From: Hyalangium minutum
GTDB taxonomy: Bacteria; Myxococcota; Myxococcia; Myxococcales; Myxococcaceae
NCBI RefSeq assembly: GCF_000737315.1
Contig: NZ_JMCB01000013.1
Span: forward strand, 20,001 to 268,000
Reading direction: 5' to 3'
DNA length: 248,000 nt
Position numbers and translations under genes: made by a program. Each line of letters begins with the position of its first letter. Positions within the stretch are counted from its first letter, which is position 1. The notes below the pieces were generated by a model. It saw nothing but the letters and a program-made list of their open reading frames with translations, was not told the DNA's origin and did not search any database. Below, piece after piece: positions 162,756 to 177,205 of the stretch.

Positions 162756-163786
162756 GGCTCGATGACCGCCGTGGCCTCGCCCTGGCCCTGTTCCACGCGC
162801 CCCACCTCCGATGCCTTCACGCCTCGCGCGCTCAGCACACTCAGCGCCTGCGCCACGTCCTCCTTCGCCACCACCACGATCAGCCCCAGCCCCATGTTGA
162901 ACGTGGAGAACATCTCGTCACGCGCCACCCCGCCCACTTTCGCGATCAGATCGAAGATAGGAGGTCGGCTCCACGCCTTCTCGCTCAGCACCGCCCGCGT
163001 TCCGTCCGGCAGGCAGCGGGGCAGGTTGCCCGGAATGCCGCTCCCGGTGATGTGCGCCATGCCCTTCACCTTCACCGCCTTCGCCAGTGCCAGCGCGTCC
163101 TTCACGTAGATCTTCGTGGGCTCCAGCAGCGCATCCGCCAGCGGCCGGCCCAGGCCCGCGGGCGTCTCCTTCAGCGGCAGCTTCCCGTCGTCCAGCAGCA
163201 CCTTGCGCGCCAGCGAGTACCCGTTCGAGTGCAGCCCCGACGACGGCAGGCCGATCAGCGCATCGCCCGGCATCACCGTCCGCCCATCGATGATCTCCGA
163301 GCGCTCCACCACCCCCACGCAGAACCCCGCCACGTCGTACTCGCCCCGTGAGTAGAACCCCGGCATCTCCGCCGTCTCGCCGCCCAGCAGTGTGCATCCG
163401 GCCTGCTCGCAGCCCAACGCGATGCCCTTCACCACCGCGGCTGCCGCGTCCACCTCCAGCCTCGATGTGGCGAAGTAGTCCAGGAAGAACAGCGGCTCCG
163501 CGCCACAGGTGAGGATGTCGTTCACCGACATGGCCACCAGGTCGATGCCCACCGTGTCGTGCCGCCCTGCCAGGAATGCCACCTTCAGCTTCGTGCCCAC
163601 CCCGTCCGTGCCCGCCACCAGCACCGGCTCCCGGTACTTGCCCGGGGGCAGGGCGAACAGTCCTCCGAAGCCGCCCACTCCAGCCACCACCTCGGGCCGC
163701 ATCGTGCGCGCAGCGTACGGCTTGATCCGCTCGACGAAGGCGTCTCCCGCCTCGATGTCCACTCCGGCCTGCTTGTAGGTCGTCAC
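162752..163786 (-). CDS. purM: Phosphoribosylformylglycinamidine cyclo-ligase
   Basis: [32 protein letters not shown]. Confidence 0.97.
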   Translation of the reverse strand: MTTYKQAGVDIEAGDAFVERIKPYAARTMRPEVVAGVGGFGGLFALPPGKYREPVLVAGTDGVGTKLKVAFLAGRHDTVGIDLVAMSVNDILTCGAEPLFFLDYFATSRLEVDAAAAVVKGIALGCEQAGCTLLGGETAEMPGFYSRGEYDVAGFCVGVVERSEIIDGRTVMPGDALIGLPSSGLHSNGYSLARKVLLDDGKLPLKETPAGLGRPLADALLEPTKIYVKDALALAKAVKVKGMAHITGSGIPGNLPRCLPDGTRAVLSEKAWSRPPIFDLIAKVGGVARDEMFSTFNMGLGLIVVVAKEDVAQALSVLSARGVKASEVGRVEQGQGEATAVIEP

Positions 163787-163858
163787 GGGCGGCCTTCTAC
163801 CGGCAAGCCCCCGCCCTTGTCTCGGCCCAGAAGCGCAGGTGTCGTGTTTGCGGCTACC

Positions 163859-166264
163859 ATGGCGCCTCACTTCCGGATGAAGAACTTTCTCTCGCGCCAT
163901 CGCTTCGAGGTGCTCGCCCTCGGCCTCGCCGTCCTCTTCGGCTTCCTGCATGTGTGGGTGGATGACGCCCCCGTCATTGGCAGCCGGGTCGATGACAAGG
164001 CCGCGCCCCTGCTCATCCGGGCCCTCCAGGCCGCCGAAGGCCGCATCACTGATCTCCAGTTCGCTCTCCGAGGCCGCCGCCCCGCCCACCCGGATGTCGT
164101 CGTCGTCGCCGTGGACGAGAAGAGTGCCCAGCGTTACGGCCTCTGGCCCTGGCCGAGAGATCTCCTGGCCCGCGCAATGGACCGGCTCCGAGAGGCAGGG
164201 GCCGGGGCTGTCGGCCTCGACATGATCTTTGCCGACGAGGTGGTCGACCGGCGCGCCCAGGCCTACGCCGGAGCGCTCGAGGAGCTGGATCGGGCGCTCT
164301 CCCAGGGCTCCCCCGAGAGCGCCGCCGCCCTGGCCGCTTACCGCGAGGAACTGAGCCGGCGGGCCGCCGTCAACACGGACTCCATCCTCGCCGCGTCCCT
164401 CAACCGCTTCCCTCAGGTCGTCCAAGGCATCGTCGTCTATCCCCCGAAGGAACGGGCGCGGTTCGCCAGCAAGGCCGAGGAGTGGACCCGGCTCCTTGAA
164501 CCTCACCTGATCCGCGAATTCCCGGGCGAGATCGCCGGGTCTTCACTCACGCACAAGGTAGACCTCGCCACGCTTCGCAGCTGGCGCATGGACTCCGCGC
164601 AGCTCCCGCTGTCCCTGTTCGCCGAGGCCAGCCGGCACCTGGGGTTCTTCAACTCCGCCGTGGATCCCGACGGCACCTTGCGCCGCATGCCCCTGTTCGC
164701 CTTGCTGGAGCGCCCGCGCGGGCTGGCCGTCTCGTTGGAGCTCCAGACGGCGGCCGCCTACCTGGGCGCCCAGGTCGAGCCGGTGGCAGACCCCGCCCAG
164801 AACCAAATCATCGGCGCCCGCTTCCGCCGCCCGGACGGAAAGCTGCTGCCCCTGCGCGTGCCCCTGCCGCACGACGAGCCCTTCTGGCTCATCAACTACC
164901 CGGGGCCTGCCAGCAGCTTCGTCACCCTGAGCCTGTCGGACGTGGTGGACGGCGCCTTTGACCCCGCGGCAGTGCGCGGCAAGGCGGTGCTCGTGGGCGT
165001 GACGCTGGTGGGCAACTACGACCAGCGCGTTACCCCCTTCAATGAATTCGAGTCCGGCGTCTACATCCACGCCGCCGCGCTCTCCAACATCCTCTCCCAG
165101 GACTTCCTCTTCCGGCCCCAGGAGACCCAGCCGCTCGAGCTACTCTTCATGCTCGGCACGGCCCTGCTATTGGCCCGCCTCCTGCCCCGGGTGCGCTTCG
165201 CCTGGAAGCTGGGCTCCGTGGCGCTGCTCATCACCGTGTGGCTCGTCGTGGATCAGGTTCTCTTCACCCGCGGCATCCAGGTGGCCACGGTGATGCCCCT
165301 GGTCAGCCTCATCACCTCGGCCTTCGCCGTCATCTTCCTGGGCTACTTCTCCGTGGATGCGGAGAAGGCCCAGCTGCACGCCGAGAAAGCCCGTCTGCGC
165401 AAGGCGTTCCAGCACTACCTGGACGCCAGCGTCATGGAGCAGGTGCTCGCCCACCCGGACAAGCTCAAGCTTGGCGGCGAGCGCAAGGAGCTCTCCGTTC
165501 TCTTCTCCGACATCCGCGGCTTCACCACGCTCTCCGAGCACATGACGCCCGAGCAGCTCGTCAGCTTCATCAACCAGTACCTCACCCCCATGACGGATGT
165601 CGTCTTCGCCCAAGGGGGGACGCTCGACAAGTACATCGGCGATGCGATCATGGCCTTCTGGGGCGCTCCGGTGGATCAGCCGGACCACGCCGTGCGTGCC
165701 TGCGCCGCTGCCCTGGGCTTCCTCGAGAAGCTCTCCGGCCTGCGGGCCCGCTGGCGCGCCGCCGGTCTGCCCGAGATGGACATCGGTGTGGGCATCAGCA
165801 GTGGCCTCATGAACGTGGGCCACATGGGCACCGAGAACCGCTTCAACTACACCGTCATGGGGGACGCGGTGAACCTCGCCTCGCGTCTCGAGGGCCTCAA
165901 CAAGGCCTATGACACCCGCATCCTCATCTCCGCCGACACCTATGCCCAGGCGCGTGGCCATATTGCCGCCCGGCGGCTCGGAGTGGTCCGTGTCAAGGGA
166001 AAGCGCGAGCCCACCGACATCTACGAGCTGCGCGCCATGGGCACCCCCGTGGGCCCGGATGCCGAGGCCATCCAGGCTTTCGAGGCCGGTGTGGCCTGCT
166101 TCCTCGCCCGAGACTTCTCAACCGCTGAGATTCACTTCCGCCAGGTGGTGGCCCTCTGGCCCGAGGACGGGCCCAGCCTCCGCTACCTGGAGGAGATCAA
166201 CACCCTGAAGTGGAACCGCCCCGGGCCCGACTGGGACGGGGTGTTCACCGCGACCACGAAGTAG
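163859..166264 (+). CDS. CHASE2 adenylate/guanylate cyclase
   Basis: CHASE2 (WPWPR), 3 [28 protein letters not shown]. Confidence 0.9.
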   Translation: MAPHFRMKNFLSRHRFEVLALGLAVLFGFLHVWVDDAPVIGSRVDDKAAPLLIRALQAAEGRITDLQFALRGRRPAHPDVVVVAVDEKSAQRYGLWPWPRDLLARAMDRLREAGAGAVGLDMIFADEVVDRRAQAYAGALEELDRALSQGSPESAAALAAYREELSRRAAVNTDSILAASLNRFPQVVQGIVVYPPKERARFASKAEEWTRLLEPHLIREFPGEIAGSSLTHKVDLATLRSWRMDSAQLPLSLFAEASRHLGFFNSAVDPDGTLRRMPLFALLERPRGLAVSLELQTAAAYLGAQVEPVADPAQNQIIGARFRRPDGKLLPLRVPLPHDEPFWLINYPGPASSFVTLSLSDVVDGAFDPAAVRGKAVLVGVTLVGNYDQRVTPFNEFESGVYIHAAALSNILSQDFLFRPQETQPLELLFMLGTALLLARLLPRVRFAWKLGSVALLITVWLVVDQVLFTRGIQVATVMPLVSLITSAFAVIFLGYFSVDAEKAQLHAEKARLRKAFQHYLDASVMEQVLAHPDKLKLGGERKELSVLFSDIRGFTTLSEHMTPEQLVSFINQYLTPMTDVVFAQGGTLDKYIGDAIMAFWGAPVDQPDHAVRACAAALGFLEKLSGLRARWRAAGLPEMDIGVGISSGLMNVGHMGTENRFNYTVMGDAVNLASRLEGLNKAYDTRILISADTYAQARGHIAARRLGVVRVKGKREPTDIYELRAMGTPVGPDAEAIQAFEAGVACFLARDFSTAEIHFRQVVALWPEDGPSLRYLEEINTLKWNRPGPDWDGVFTATTK

Positions 166265-166317
166265 GCCCCCATCTAAATTTGACCCCGAGGGTGGGGGCTG
166301 CTTGACTCGGTCTCCAG

Positions 166318-166968
166318 ATGGGCGCCGAGGAAACCCTCTTTCAACGTTTCGGCAAGGAGTTCGCCAAGGGCACGGTCCTCTTTCAGGAGGGGGAGCCGGG
166401 CAAGGACATGTTCGTCCTTCAGTCCGGGAAGATCTCCATCTCCAAGAAGGTCCGTGACGTGGAGAAGGTCCTGGCCTTGTTGGGGCCTGGTGAGTTCTTC
166501 GGGGAGATGGCCATCATCTCCAACAAGCCGAGGAACGCCACCGCCACGGTGATGGAGGACGCCAAGCTCCTGGTCATCGACCCGAAGACTTTCGAGGCGA
166601 TGATCCGCGGCAACGCCGAGATCGCCGTGCGGATGATCAAGAAGCTGGCCGAGCGCCTGTCCGAGGCGGACGCCCAGATCGAAAACCTGCTCCTGTCCGA
166701 TCCGGCCAGCCGCGTGGTGCACCAGGTGCTCCAGGTCTGCCAGACGCGCGGCCGGCCCATGGAAGAGGGCATCGAGGTGGACTTCCCCGTGCGCGAGCTG
166801 CCCCGGCTCATCGGCGTGGGCGAGCCGGCCATCCGCCACATGCTGGACCGGCTCGAGCGGGCCGGACTCATCGAGCGCAGTGGTGACAGACTGACCGTGT
166901 ATGACACGGCCCGGCTGCACGACTTCCTCCAGTATCTGGAGATGAAGTGGAAGTTCGGAGACCTCTAG
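166318..166968 (+). CDS. Crp/Fnr family regulator
   Basis: GEFFGEMA..PRNATA cNMP-binding motif. Confidence 0.88.
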   Translation: MGAEETLFQRFGKEFAKGTVLFQEGEPGKDMFVLQSGKISISKKVRDVEKVLALLGPGEFFGEMAIISNKPRNATATVMEDAKLLVIDPKTFEAMIRGNAEIAVRMIKKLAERLSEADAQIENLLLSDPASRVVHQVLQVCQTRGRPMEEGIEVDFPVRELPRLIGVGEPAIRHMLDRLERAGLIERSGDRLTVYDTARLHDFLQYLEMKWKFGDL

Positions 166969-166969
166969 G

Positions 166970-167725
166970 GTGAAGCTGCAAGTCCTCGGCTGTCACGGCG
167001 GCGAACTGCCCTCGTGCCGGACCACATGCTTCCTCGTGGATGACGTGCTCGCGCTGGACGCGGGCGCGCTCACGAGCACGCTCACGCTCGATCAGCTGTG
167101 CAAGGTGGACGACATCCTCGTCGGCCACAGCCACTTCGACCATGTGAAGGATCTGCCCCTGCTGGCGGATCTGGTGATTGGCCGCCGGGACTCGCCCGTC
167201 ACCATTCACGCGTCGCGCGAGTGCGCCAAGGCGCTGCGCGACTACATGTTCAACAACTCGTTGTGGCCGGACTTCACCCGCATCCCCACGCGCAAAGAGC
167301 CGGTGCTCCGCATCAAGACGTTCCGCGCCGGGAGCACCTTCGAGGTCGGCCGCTACACCGTGCAGTCCATCCCCGTGAGCCACCCGGTGGAGTCCTGCGG
167401 CTTCGTCGTCTCCCATGGGGGCTCCTCCCTGGCCATGAGCGGCGACACCGGCCCCACCGACAAGCTGTGGCGGGCGCTCAACCAGGTGAAGAACCTCAAG
167501 GCGCTGCTGGTGGAGACCAGCTTCCCCAACGCGCTCCAGGAACTGGCGGACCTGTCCGGCCACCTCACGCCCAAGACGCTCCAGTCCGAGCTCACCAAGT
167601 TCCACCGCAACGGCGCCGAGGTGCTGCTGTACCACCTCAAGCCCGCCTTCGTGAGCCAGCTCAAGCGCGAGCTGGCAGGACTCCCCGTGGAGATCCTTGA
167701 ACTCGGAGATACCTTCGAGTTCTGA
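166970..167725 (+). CDS. Class II (MBL-fold) cyclic-nucleotide phosphodiesterase
   Basis: LGCHGGE, HSHFDH, SGDTG, GHLTP. Confidence 0.8.
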   Translation: MKLQVLGCHGGELPSCRTTCFLVDDVLALDAGALTSTLTLDQLCKVDDILVGHSHFDHVKDLPLLADLVIGRRDSPVTIHASRECAKALRDYMFNNSLWPDFTRIPTRKEPVLRIKTFRAGSTFEVGRYTVQSIPVSHPVESCGFVVSHGGSSLAMSGDTGPTDKLWRALNQVKNLKALLVETSFPNALQELADLSGHLTPKTLQSELTKFHRNGAEVLLYHLKPAFVSQLKRELAGLPVEILELGDTFEF

Positions 167726-167786
167726 CGGGGTGCGTTGTACCGGAAGGGTTGACGGCCGCCCCCGGCCAGATTAACCCCGCGCCTCC

Positions 167787-168635
167787 ATGGCATGGTTCTC
167801 CAAGAAGCCCCGTATTTCGACGCGTCAGGAGCCCTCTCAGGAGGAGCCCTCTCGCATGCAAGGCCTCTGGGCCAAGTGCGAGAGCTGTGACGAGATCATC
167901 TATCGCCAGGAGCTGGAGAAGAACTGGATGGTGTGCCCGCACTGCGAGCACCACCACCCCTGGACGGCGCGCTCCCGGCTGGCCGGCCTCCTGGACCCCG
168001 ACACCTTCGAGGAGTTCGACAAGGAGCTGGAGCCCCAGGACCCGCTCGGGTTCGCCGACAGCAAGAAGTACAAGGACCGGCTGAAGTCCACCCGCAAGAA
168101 CCTGGGCGAGAACGACGCCTTCATCTCCGGCGTGGGCCGCATCGACGGCCACCAGATCTCCGTGGGCTGCTTCCTGTTCGAGTTCATGGGCGGCTCCATG
168201 GGCTCGGTGGTGGGTGAGAAGGTGACCCGCGTCTTCGAGCGCGCCCACGAGCTCAAGTGCCCGGCGCTGCTGTTCTCCGCCTCGGGCGGCGCGCGCATGC
168301 AGGAGGGCATCTTCTCCCTCATGCAGATGGCCAAGACGTCCGCGGCCATTGCCCGCTTCCGCACCGGCAACAAGCCCTACATTTCCGTACTTCTGCACCC
168401 GACGACGGGCGGCGTGGCGGCCTCGTTCGCGTGGCTGGGGGACATCATCCTGGCCGAGCCCAAGGCGCTCATCGGCTTCGCGGGTCCCCGCGTCATCGAG
168501 CAGACCATCCGCCAGAAGCTCCCCGAGGGCTTCCAGCGCTCCGAGTTCCTCCTGGAGCACGGGATGATTGACGCCATCGTCGCCCGCAAGGACTTGCGGA
168601 CGAAGCTCGGCCAGGTGCTCGGGCTGGTGGGCTGA
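167787..168635 (+). CDS. accD: Acetyl-CoA carboxylase carboxyltransferase beta
   Basis: WAKCESC, CPHC, GGSMGSVVGEK, SGGARMQEG. Confidence 0.96.
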   Translation: MAWFSKKPRISTRQEPSQEEPSRMQGLWAKCESCDEIIYRQELEKNWMVCPHCEHHHPWTARSRLAGLLDPDTFEEFDKELEPQDPLGFADSKKYKDRLKSTRKNLGENDAFISGVGRIDGHQISVGCFLFEFMGGSMGSVVGEKVTRVFERAHELKCPALLFSASGGARMQEGIFSLMQMAKTSAAIARFRTGNKPYISVLLHPTTGGVAASFAWLGDIILAEPKALIGFAGPRVIEQTIRQKLPEGFQRSEFLLEHGMIDAIVARKDLRTKLGQVLGLVG

Positions 168636-168663
168636 GGCGTTTTCCCGAGGGGGCCCAGCCCCC

Positions 168664-168739
168664 TTGGTGACTGGACTCATCAGCCGATGACTGGAGTCCC
168701 ACGGCACAGGGGCCCCCGGCTGATGACTGGAGTCCCGGG
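168664..168739. promoter_or_regulatory. Candidate sigma54 enhancer (three TGAC-N4-(G/C)TC sites)
   Basis: TTGGTGAC-TGGA-CTCATCAG (168664-83); GATGACTGGAGTCCC at 168686 and 168722. Confidence 0.6.
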
Positions 168740-168846
168740 AAGCCCTCCCGGGAGGTGAACCGGAAGCCCCTCGAAACCGGCGGCTTCCGAGCGTTCCCCT
168801 CTGAAAAGGGCTCCGTCAGGTGGCGACTGTGGGAGGCCGGAGCCGT

Positions 168847-168862
168847 TGGCACACCTCCTGCT
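168847..168862 (+). promoter_or_regulatory. Sigma54 -24/-12 promoter
   Basis: TGGCACACCTCCTGCT (GG-N10-GC). Confidence 0.65.
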
Positions 168863-168925
168863 CTAGCTCATGCACGTCAACTACCCGCTCTCGCCTCCCC
168901 CGAGAGCATGACCCCTGAGGACGCC

Positions 168926-170077
168926 ATGACCACGATCGCCGCCAACGCCCCCCGCATCCAGCGCTCCAACTCTGCTCCCGTCGCCGCCCCCGCGGCCAAG
169001 CCGGAGCTGAGCCGCACCAACAGCGCGCCGGGCAAGCTGCAGACCCCGGCGGCCACGGCGGCCCAGGCTCCCGCGGCTCAGGCCAAGCCCGCTGCCGCCT
169101 CCGGCATCGGCGCGAAGATTGGCGACAGCTTCAGCAAGGCCGGTGGCTCGGTGAAGGGCTGGTACAACGACTCGTCCAACCGCCTCACCACCAGCCACCA
169201 GAACGGCGGCACGGGCGTGGTGGGCCGGGGACTGGCGGGAGCGGGTCTGGCGGGCGGGCTGGCCGGCATCGGCTCCAACGGCAAGGGCCTGGTGGACGCC
169301 ATCAAGAATGGAGAGGGTGGCCACGCCATCGCGGAGAACGCGCTGGGGCTGGGCCGCAGCATCCTGGGCGCGGCCAAGGGCGGGCTGGACACGGCGGCCG
169401 CGTTCACCTCGGCCAAGGACTTCGGCAAGCTGGCCGAGGCGGCCAAGGGCGCGGTGGCGGGCAAGGGCGGAGCGTTCGCGGGCGCCATCGCCAACGCGGC
169501 GGCCGAGGCGGCGCACAAGGGCGGCCCGCTGCGTCACGCGGACGCGATGGCCTCGGTGCTCAAGGAGAAGGGCGGGGTGGGCGGGCTGATGGCCGGAGGG
169601 AAGATGGCGGTGGCGGACCTGCTGCGTCAGGGCGGCTTCGCCGGAGCGGCCGGGAAGATTGAGAAGGGCGTCATCCAGTCGGGGACGAAGGTGGTGGGCA
169701 ACGCGATTGACGCGGCGCAGCTGACCAAGGGCGCTGGCGCGGCCCTCAAGGGGATTGAGGCGGGGGCCAAGGGCGTGGGCACGGCGGCGAAGGTGGCCGG
169801 CCGCTTCGCGCCGGGCCTGAACATCGGCATCGCGGCGCTGGACGCGGGCATCGCCGCGCGCACCTGGGCCGACCCCAAGTCGAGCACGGCGGCGAAGGTG
169901 ACCTCCACCATCACGGCCGCTGGCTCTGCCGCCGCCGCCACCAACATCCCGATCGTCTCGCAGATCGGCGCGGGCATCTCCGCGGTCTCCTCCATCACCG
170001 GCATGGCCATCGAGAACGCCGGGAAGATCAAGGAGGGCTTCAGCAAGCTGGGCGACAAGATCAAGAGCCTCTTCTAA
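168926..170077 (+). CDS. Gly/Ala-rich hypothetical protein, effector-like
   Basis: Low-complexity N-terminus, GxxxG hydrophobic segments, no signal peptide. Confidence 0.72.
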   Translation: MTTIAANAPRIQRSNSAPVAAPAAKPELSRTNSAPGKLQTPAATAAQAPAAQAKPAAASGIGAKIGDSFSKAGGSVKGWYNDSSNRLTTSHQNGGTGVVGRGLAGAGLAGGLAGIGSNGKGLVDAIKNGEGGHAIAENALGLGRSILGAAKGGLDTAAAFTSAKDFGKLAEAAKGAVAGKGGAFAGAIANAAAEAAHKGGPLRHADAMASVLKEKGGVGGLMAGGKMAVADLLRQGGFAGAAGKIEKGVIQSGTKVVGNAIDAAQLTKGAGAALKGIEAGAKGVGTAAKVAGRFAPGLNIGIAALDAGIAARTWADPKSSTAAKVTSTITAAGSAAAATNIPIVSQIGAGISAVSSITGMAIENAGKIKEGFSKLGDKIKSLF

Positions 170078-170127
170078 TCCCTGTCGTACCTACACCCACC
170101 CTCCAGGAGGAGTTCACCACGAACGCC

Positions 170128-170570
170128 ATGCTCGTTCCCGAGCTGGCTGATGTGAGGTGAGGGCGCCGCAGGTCAAGGCGCTCTCGCTGGAGGGATTGGA
170201 AGCAGCCGAGGACGTTGAGCAGCACTTCCTCTCCGAGCCGGTGGCTTGGAGGCAGGAGGTGCTGCTGCACGTTGCGGGCTTCTCGAGCGGCCGCCTCATC
170301 CCCTTTAGCGCCCGTGAGTCGCTCGTCGGCCACCTGCCCAACGAGATGGCGGTGGTGGACCTCACGCTGCCAGCCAAGCACTCCCGCTCGCTTCGTGGTT
170401 CGGGTGTTGGACGAGGTGGCCGCGTGCACCCAGGTGAAGAGCCCCGCCGGGCTCGTGGACCAGAAGATCCTCGTGCCCAGGAGCGCCAGCGAAGGCGCCT
170501 GGGATGATGAACCGGGCGCAGGTCCGCTTCGAGCGCGCTCAAGCCAAGCCGCTGAATGCACCGGGCCGGG
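170128..170570 (+). pseudogene. Small gene broken by several frameshifts
   Basis: MLVPELADVR* then coding-like segments in successive frames (170157, 170215, 170504 ORFs); AGGAGG upstream. Confidence 0.45.
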
Positions 170571-170590
170571 AGGCACGCCCGAAGGGCGCC

Positions 170591-170636
170591 AAAAAACAAC
170601 GGACCGGCGGAGCGCTGAGGCTCCACCGGTCCGCTT
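170591..170636. terminator. Hairpin between convergent genes
   Basis: CGGACCGG.GGAGC..GCTCC.CCGGTCCG with upstream A-run. Confidence 0.6.
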
Positions 170637-170681
170637 GTCTGACAGGTTGGGCTGAGGTTCCGCCGGCAGGGCGCCTGCGGA

Positions 170682-171509
170682 CTAGGAGGACTCGCGGCCG
170701 AAGGTCTCCGCCGCCTTGGAGCCGCCACCGTCGTTGGCGTTCAGCGGCACCGTCAGGGCCGCGTTCGACTGGGCCAGGGCCTCGGCGGAGGTCGCGCCCT
170801 TCGCGTCCTCCACGAGCATCATTCCGCCGCTGTTGTGCTTGAACCAGTTCTGATCCACGGCGTTGGTCAGGTGGTTGAAATCCACCCCGTAGCTGGAGCC
170901 GGTGGCCGGATCCTTCACCGTGTAGTTGCCCTTGTCGTCCTTGCCGTCGACCACCACCCAGTGCGCGCCACCGGTCTTGCTCGGGTCGCTGCCCGGGGTG
171001 ATCTGCGCGGAGTCCACCATGGCCATCAGCTTGCCGCCCTTCTTCAGGGTCTCGTCCACGGTGGTCTGGTCGAACTTGAAGGCCGCCTGGTTCACCTTCA
171101 TGCCCTCGCTGCCCAGCATCTTGGCGAGCTCCTGGGCCGAGGTGCCCTTGCCGTCGGTGAACTGGGACTCGAGCTGCGCCATCCGCTGCTCGGCCGAAAC
171201 CCCCGCCACCTGGCCGCGCGAGCCGGCCGCCATCACCGCCGCCGCAGCGCCACAGTTGGTATCCGTGGTCTGCTGGATCACCGGAGCCGAGCCCGAGGGC
171301 GGCAGGGCATCCGCCGAGAACTTCGCCGACCACTCCTGCTGCTGCGTGGAGGCCTGCTCGAAGCCATCCTGGAAGGAGACCGGGGTGGCCGGGGCCTGGG
171401 GAGCGGTGGGAGCAGCCGCGGGCGTGCTCTGCGGCGCGACGGGTGCGCTGGTGTCCTGACGAAGCTGCTGCAGCGCGCGGAAGATGCTGGACGTGATCGA
171501 AGTGCTCAC
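170682..171509 (-). CDS. C39-like cysteine peptidase with low-complexity N-terminus
   Basis: QQTTDTNCGAA, GAHWVVVDG, VKDPATG (Q-C-H-D). Confidence 0.75.
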   Translation of the reverse strand: MSTSITSSIFRALQQLRQDTSAPVAPQSTPAAAPTAPQAPATPVSFQDGFEQASTQQQEWSAKFSADALPPSGSAPVIQQTTDTNCGAAAAVMAAGSRGQVAGVSAEQRMAQLESQFTDGKGTSAQELAKMLGSEGMKVNQAAFKFDQTTVDETLKKGGKLMAMVDSAQITPGSDPSKTGGAHWVVVDGKDDKGNYTVKDPATGSSYGVDFNHLTNAVDQNWFKHNSGGMMLVEDAKGATSAEALAQSNAALTVPLNANDGGGSKAAETFGRESS

Positions 171510-171620
171510 GGTGCTCTCCTGGAGGTAAGGTGCACGGCGGGTGCTGAATTATCGGGAGGAGGCCTCAAAAAGTTTCCTCTTCCCGCATTCCCTGGCTGTC
171601 AGGGCTTGAGGAGTGCCTAT

Positions 171621-171636
171621 ATCAAAAGGTGTGCCA
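171621..171636 (-). promoter_or_regulatory. Sigma54-like promoter (-12 GA variant)
   Basis: Minus strand TGGCACACCTTTTGAT. Confidence 0.45.
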
Positions 171637-171730
171637 GGGGGGGGTAAGAATTAAAAAGTGGGAGGCCATTGGAAATTCAGGCGCTTGGCTCCCACATGCC
171701 GAGAGCCCCCCCGATGACACCACCCATCAG

Positions 171731-171750
171731 CTGATGACTGCCGTCATCAG
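171731..171750. promoter_or_regulatory. Perfect palindrome, candidate enhancer
   Basis: CTGATGAC-TGCC-GTCATCAG. Confidence 0.62.
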
Positions 171751-171771
171751 CCCGGCTGCCTCGGGAGGCGC

Positions 171772-175895
<4,124 letters not shown>

Positions 175896-175925
175896 CTATC
175901 CCATGGATTCCGCTCGGTGTGCCAC

Positions 175926-176012
175926 CTGGTGACAGGACTCATCACGTGGGGCTGGCGTCACCAGGGCTGCTCCTCGGGGAGCCCAGGGAGCGGCCGGGAC
176001 TGGCGTCATCAG
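175926..176012. promoter_or_regulatory. Candidate enhancer sites
   Basis: CTGGTGAC-AGGA-CTCATCAC (175926-45); half-sites GTCACCAG (175957) and GAC-TGGC-GTCATCAG (175998-176012). Confidence 0.6.
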
Positions 176013-176042
176013 GCCGCCGGGCCTTCCCCAGGGAAACCGGGT

Positions 176043-176058
176043 TGGCACGGCTGATGCT
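176043..176058 (+). promoter_or_regulatory. Sigma54 -24/-12 promoter
   Basis: TGGCACGGCTGATGCT (GG-N10-GC). Confidence 0.7.
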
Positions 176059-176129
176059 GTAGGGAGAAATGCCAGCAACGAGGCACTCCTCCTCCCCCAA
176101 CCTTCCTCCTTTCTGAAAAGGACCCCGTC

Positions 176130-176999
176130 ATGAACGTCTCCAACCTCCGCCAGAACCCGAGCCTTCAGACCCTGGATTCCTCTTCCTTCCGCCGCGGTGG
176201 TGTCGAGCAGGGCGGCCTCAAGGGCCTCTTCGGCAAGGGTGGCGGGCTGCAGGAGCTCATCAAGGGCACCCAGGACCTGCTGAAGTCGCTCCAGGCGGTC
176301 GAGAAGCTGATGCAGGGCATGAAGACGGGCGGGATGCAGAAGGCCGCCTCGCCGTCGCAGGGGTGCTCGCCGTCTCCGTTCTCGCAGAGCAGCTTCGCTC
176401 CATCCGCGGGCAAGGCGCCCGTGGAGCTCAACCCGAGCGCCAGCGGCCCGAGCAGCATGGGCGGCACGGGCAGCGCGGGTGGCTCGAGCAGCGTGGGCTC
176501 CGGCGCGGGCATCTCGGGTGACGCGAAGCTGGGCGGCGGCTTCCCCTCGGCCTTGGGCCAGTACAAGAACGCCATCGAGTCCGCGGCGGCCAAGACGGGC
176601 GTTCCGGCCTCCATGCTCGCCGCGCAGATCTGGCAGGAGTCCCGCGGCAACCTGGGCGCCACCTCGACCAACGGCGGCAACGGCCTGACGGACACGGGGC
176701 TGATGCAGATGAACCCCAACACCTTCAAGGAGCTGCAGGGCAAGTACCCGGAGCTGCAGGGCAAGAACCTGGCGGATCCGGAGACGAACATCCTGGCCGG
176801 CGCCTACTACATGAAGGACATGAAGGAGCAGTTCGGGAACTGGGATCTGGCGCTGCGCGCGTACAACTCGGGCCCCAACGGCGTGGACCGCAGCAACCCG
176901 AACGCCATCCCCGCGGGCACCGGTGACGCCACCTACGTGCAGAAGGTGAAGCAGTTCGCGGAGACGATCGCCTCGGGCAAGGGCACGCTGCCCGCGTAG
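176130..176999 (+). CDS. SLT lytic transglycosylase with Gly/Ser-rich N-terminus
   Basis: IWQESRG, GLMQM, NILAGAYY, ALRAYNSG. Confidence 0.88.
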   Translation: MNVSNLRQNPSLQTLDSSSFRRGGVEQGGLKGLFGKGGGLQELIKGTQDLLKSLQAVEKLMQGMKTGGMQKAASPSQGCSPSPFSQSSFAPSAGKAPVELNPSASGPSSMGGTGSAGGSSSVGSGAGISGDAKLGGGFPSALGQYKNAIESAAAKTGVPASMLAAQIWQESRGNLGATSTNGGNGLTDTGLMQMNPNTFKELQGKYPELQGKNLADPETNILAGAYYMKDMKEQFGNWDLALRAYNSGPNGVDRSNPNAIPAGTGDATYVQKVKQFAETIASGKGTLPA

Positions 177000-177205
177000 T
177001 ACCGCACAGAGAGCGCGGCAAAAAGGCGGGTTCACGTTGCATGAGGATGCCCGATGCCGGGTTCCTCGCAGCGTGGACCCGCTGCCGCATTTCGAGGCTC
177101 ACTCCGGAACGGGGGATTCGCCTGGCTGGACGGCCGCCGGGGGAGCGCCTGCCCTGTGCAAATCCGCCCATCCGGCGCGCTCGGCGCGGTTAGAGTCTGC
177201 GGCCC

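Noticed and set aside
168686-168736. 15-bp direct repeats 36 bp apart as a mini-CRISPR
   Set aside because: Only two copies, too short, no cas genes; better explained as enhancer sites. No CRISPR array was seen anywhere in the window.
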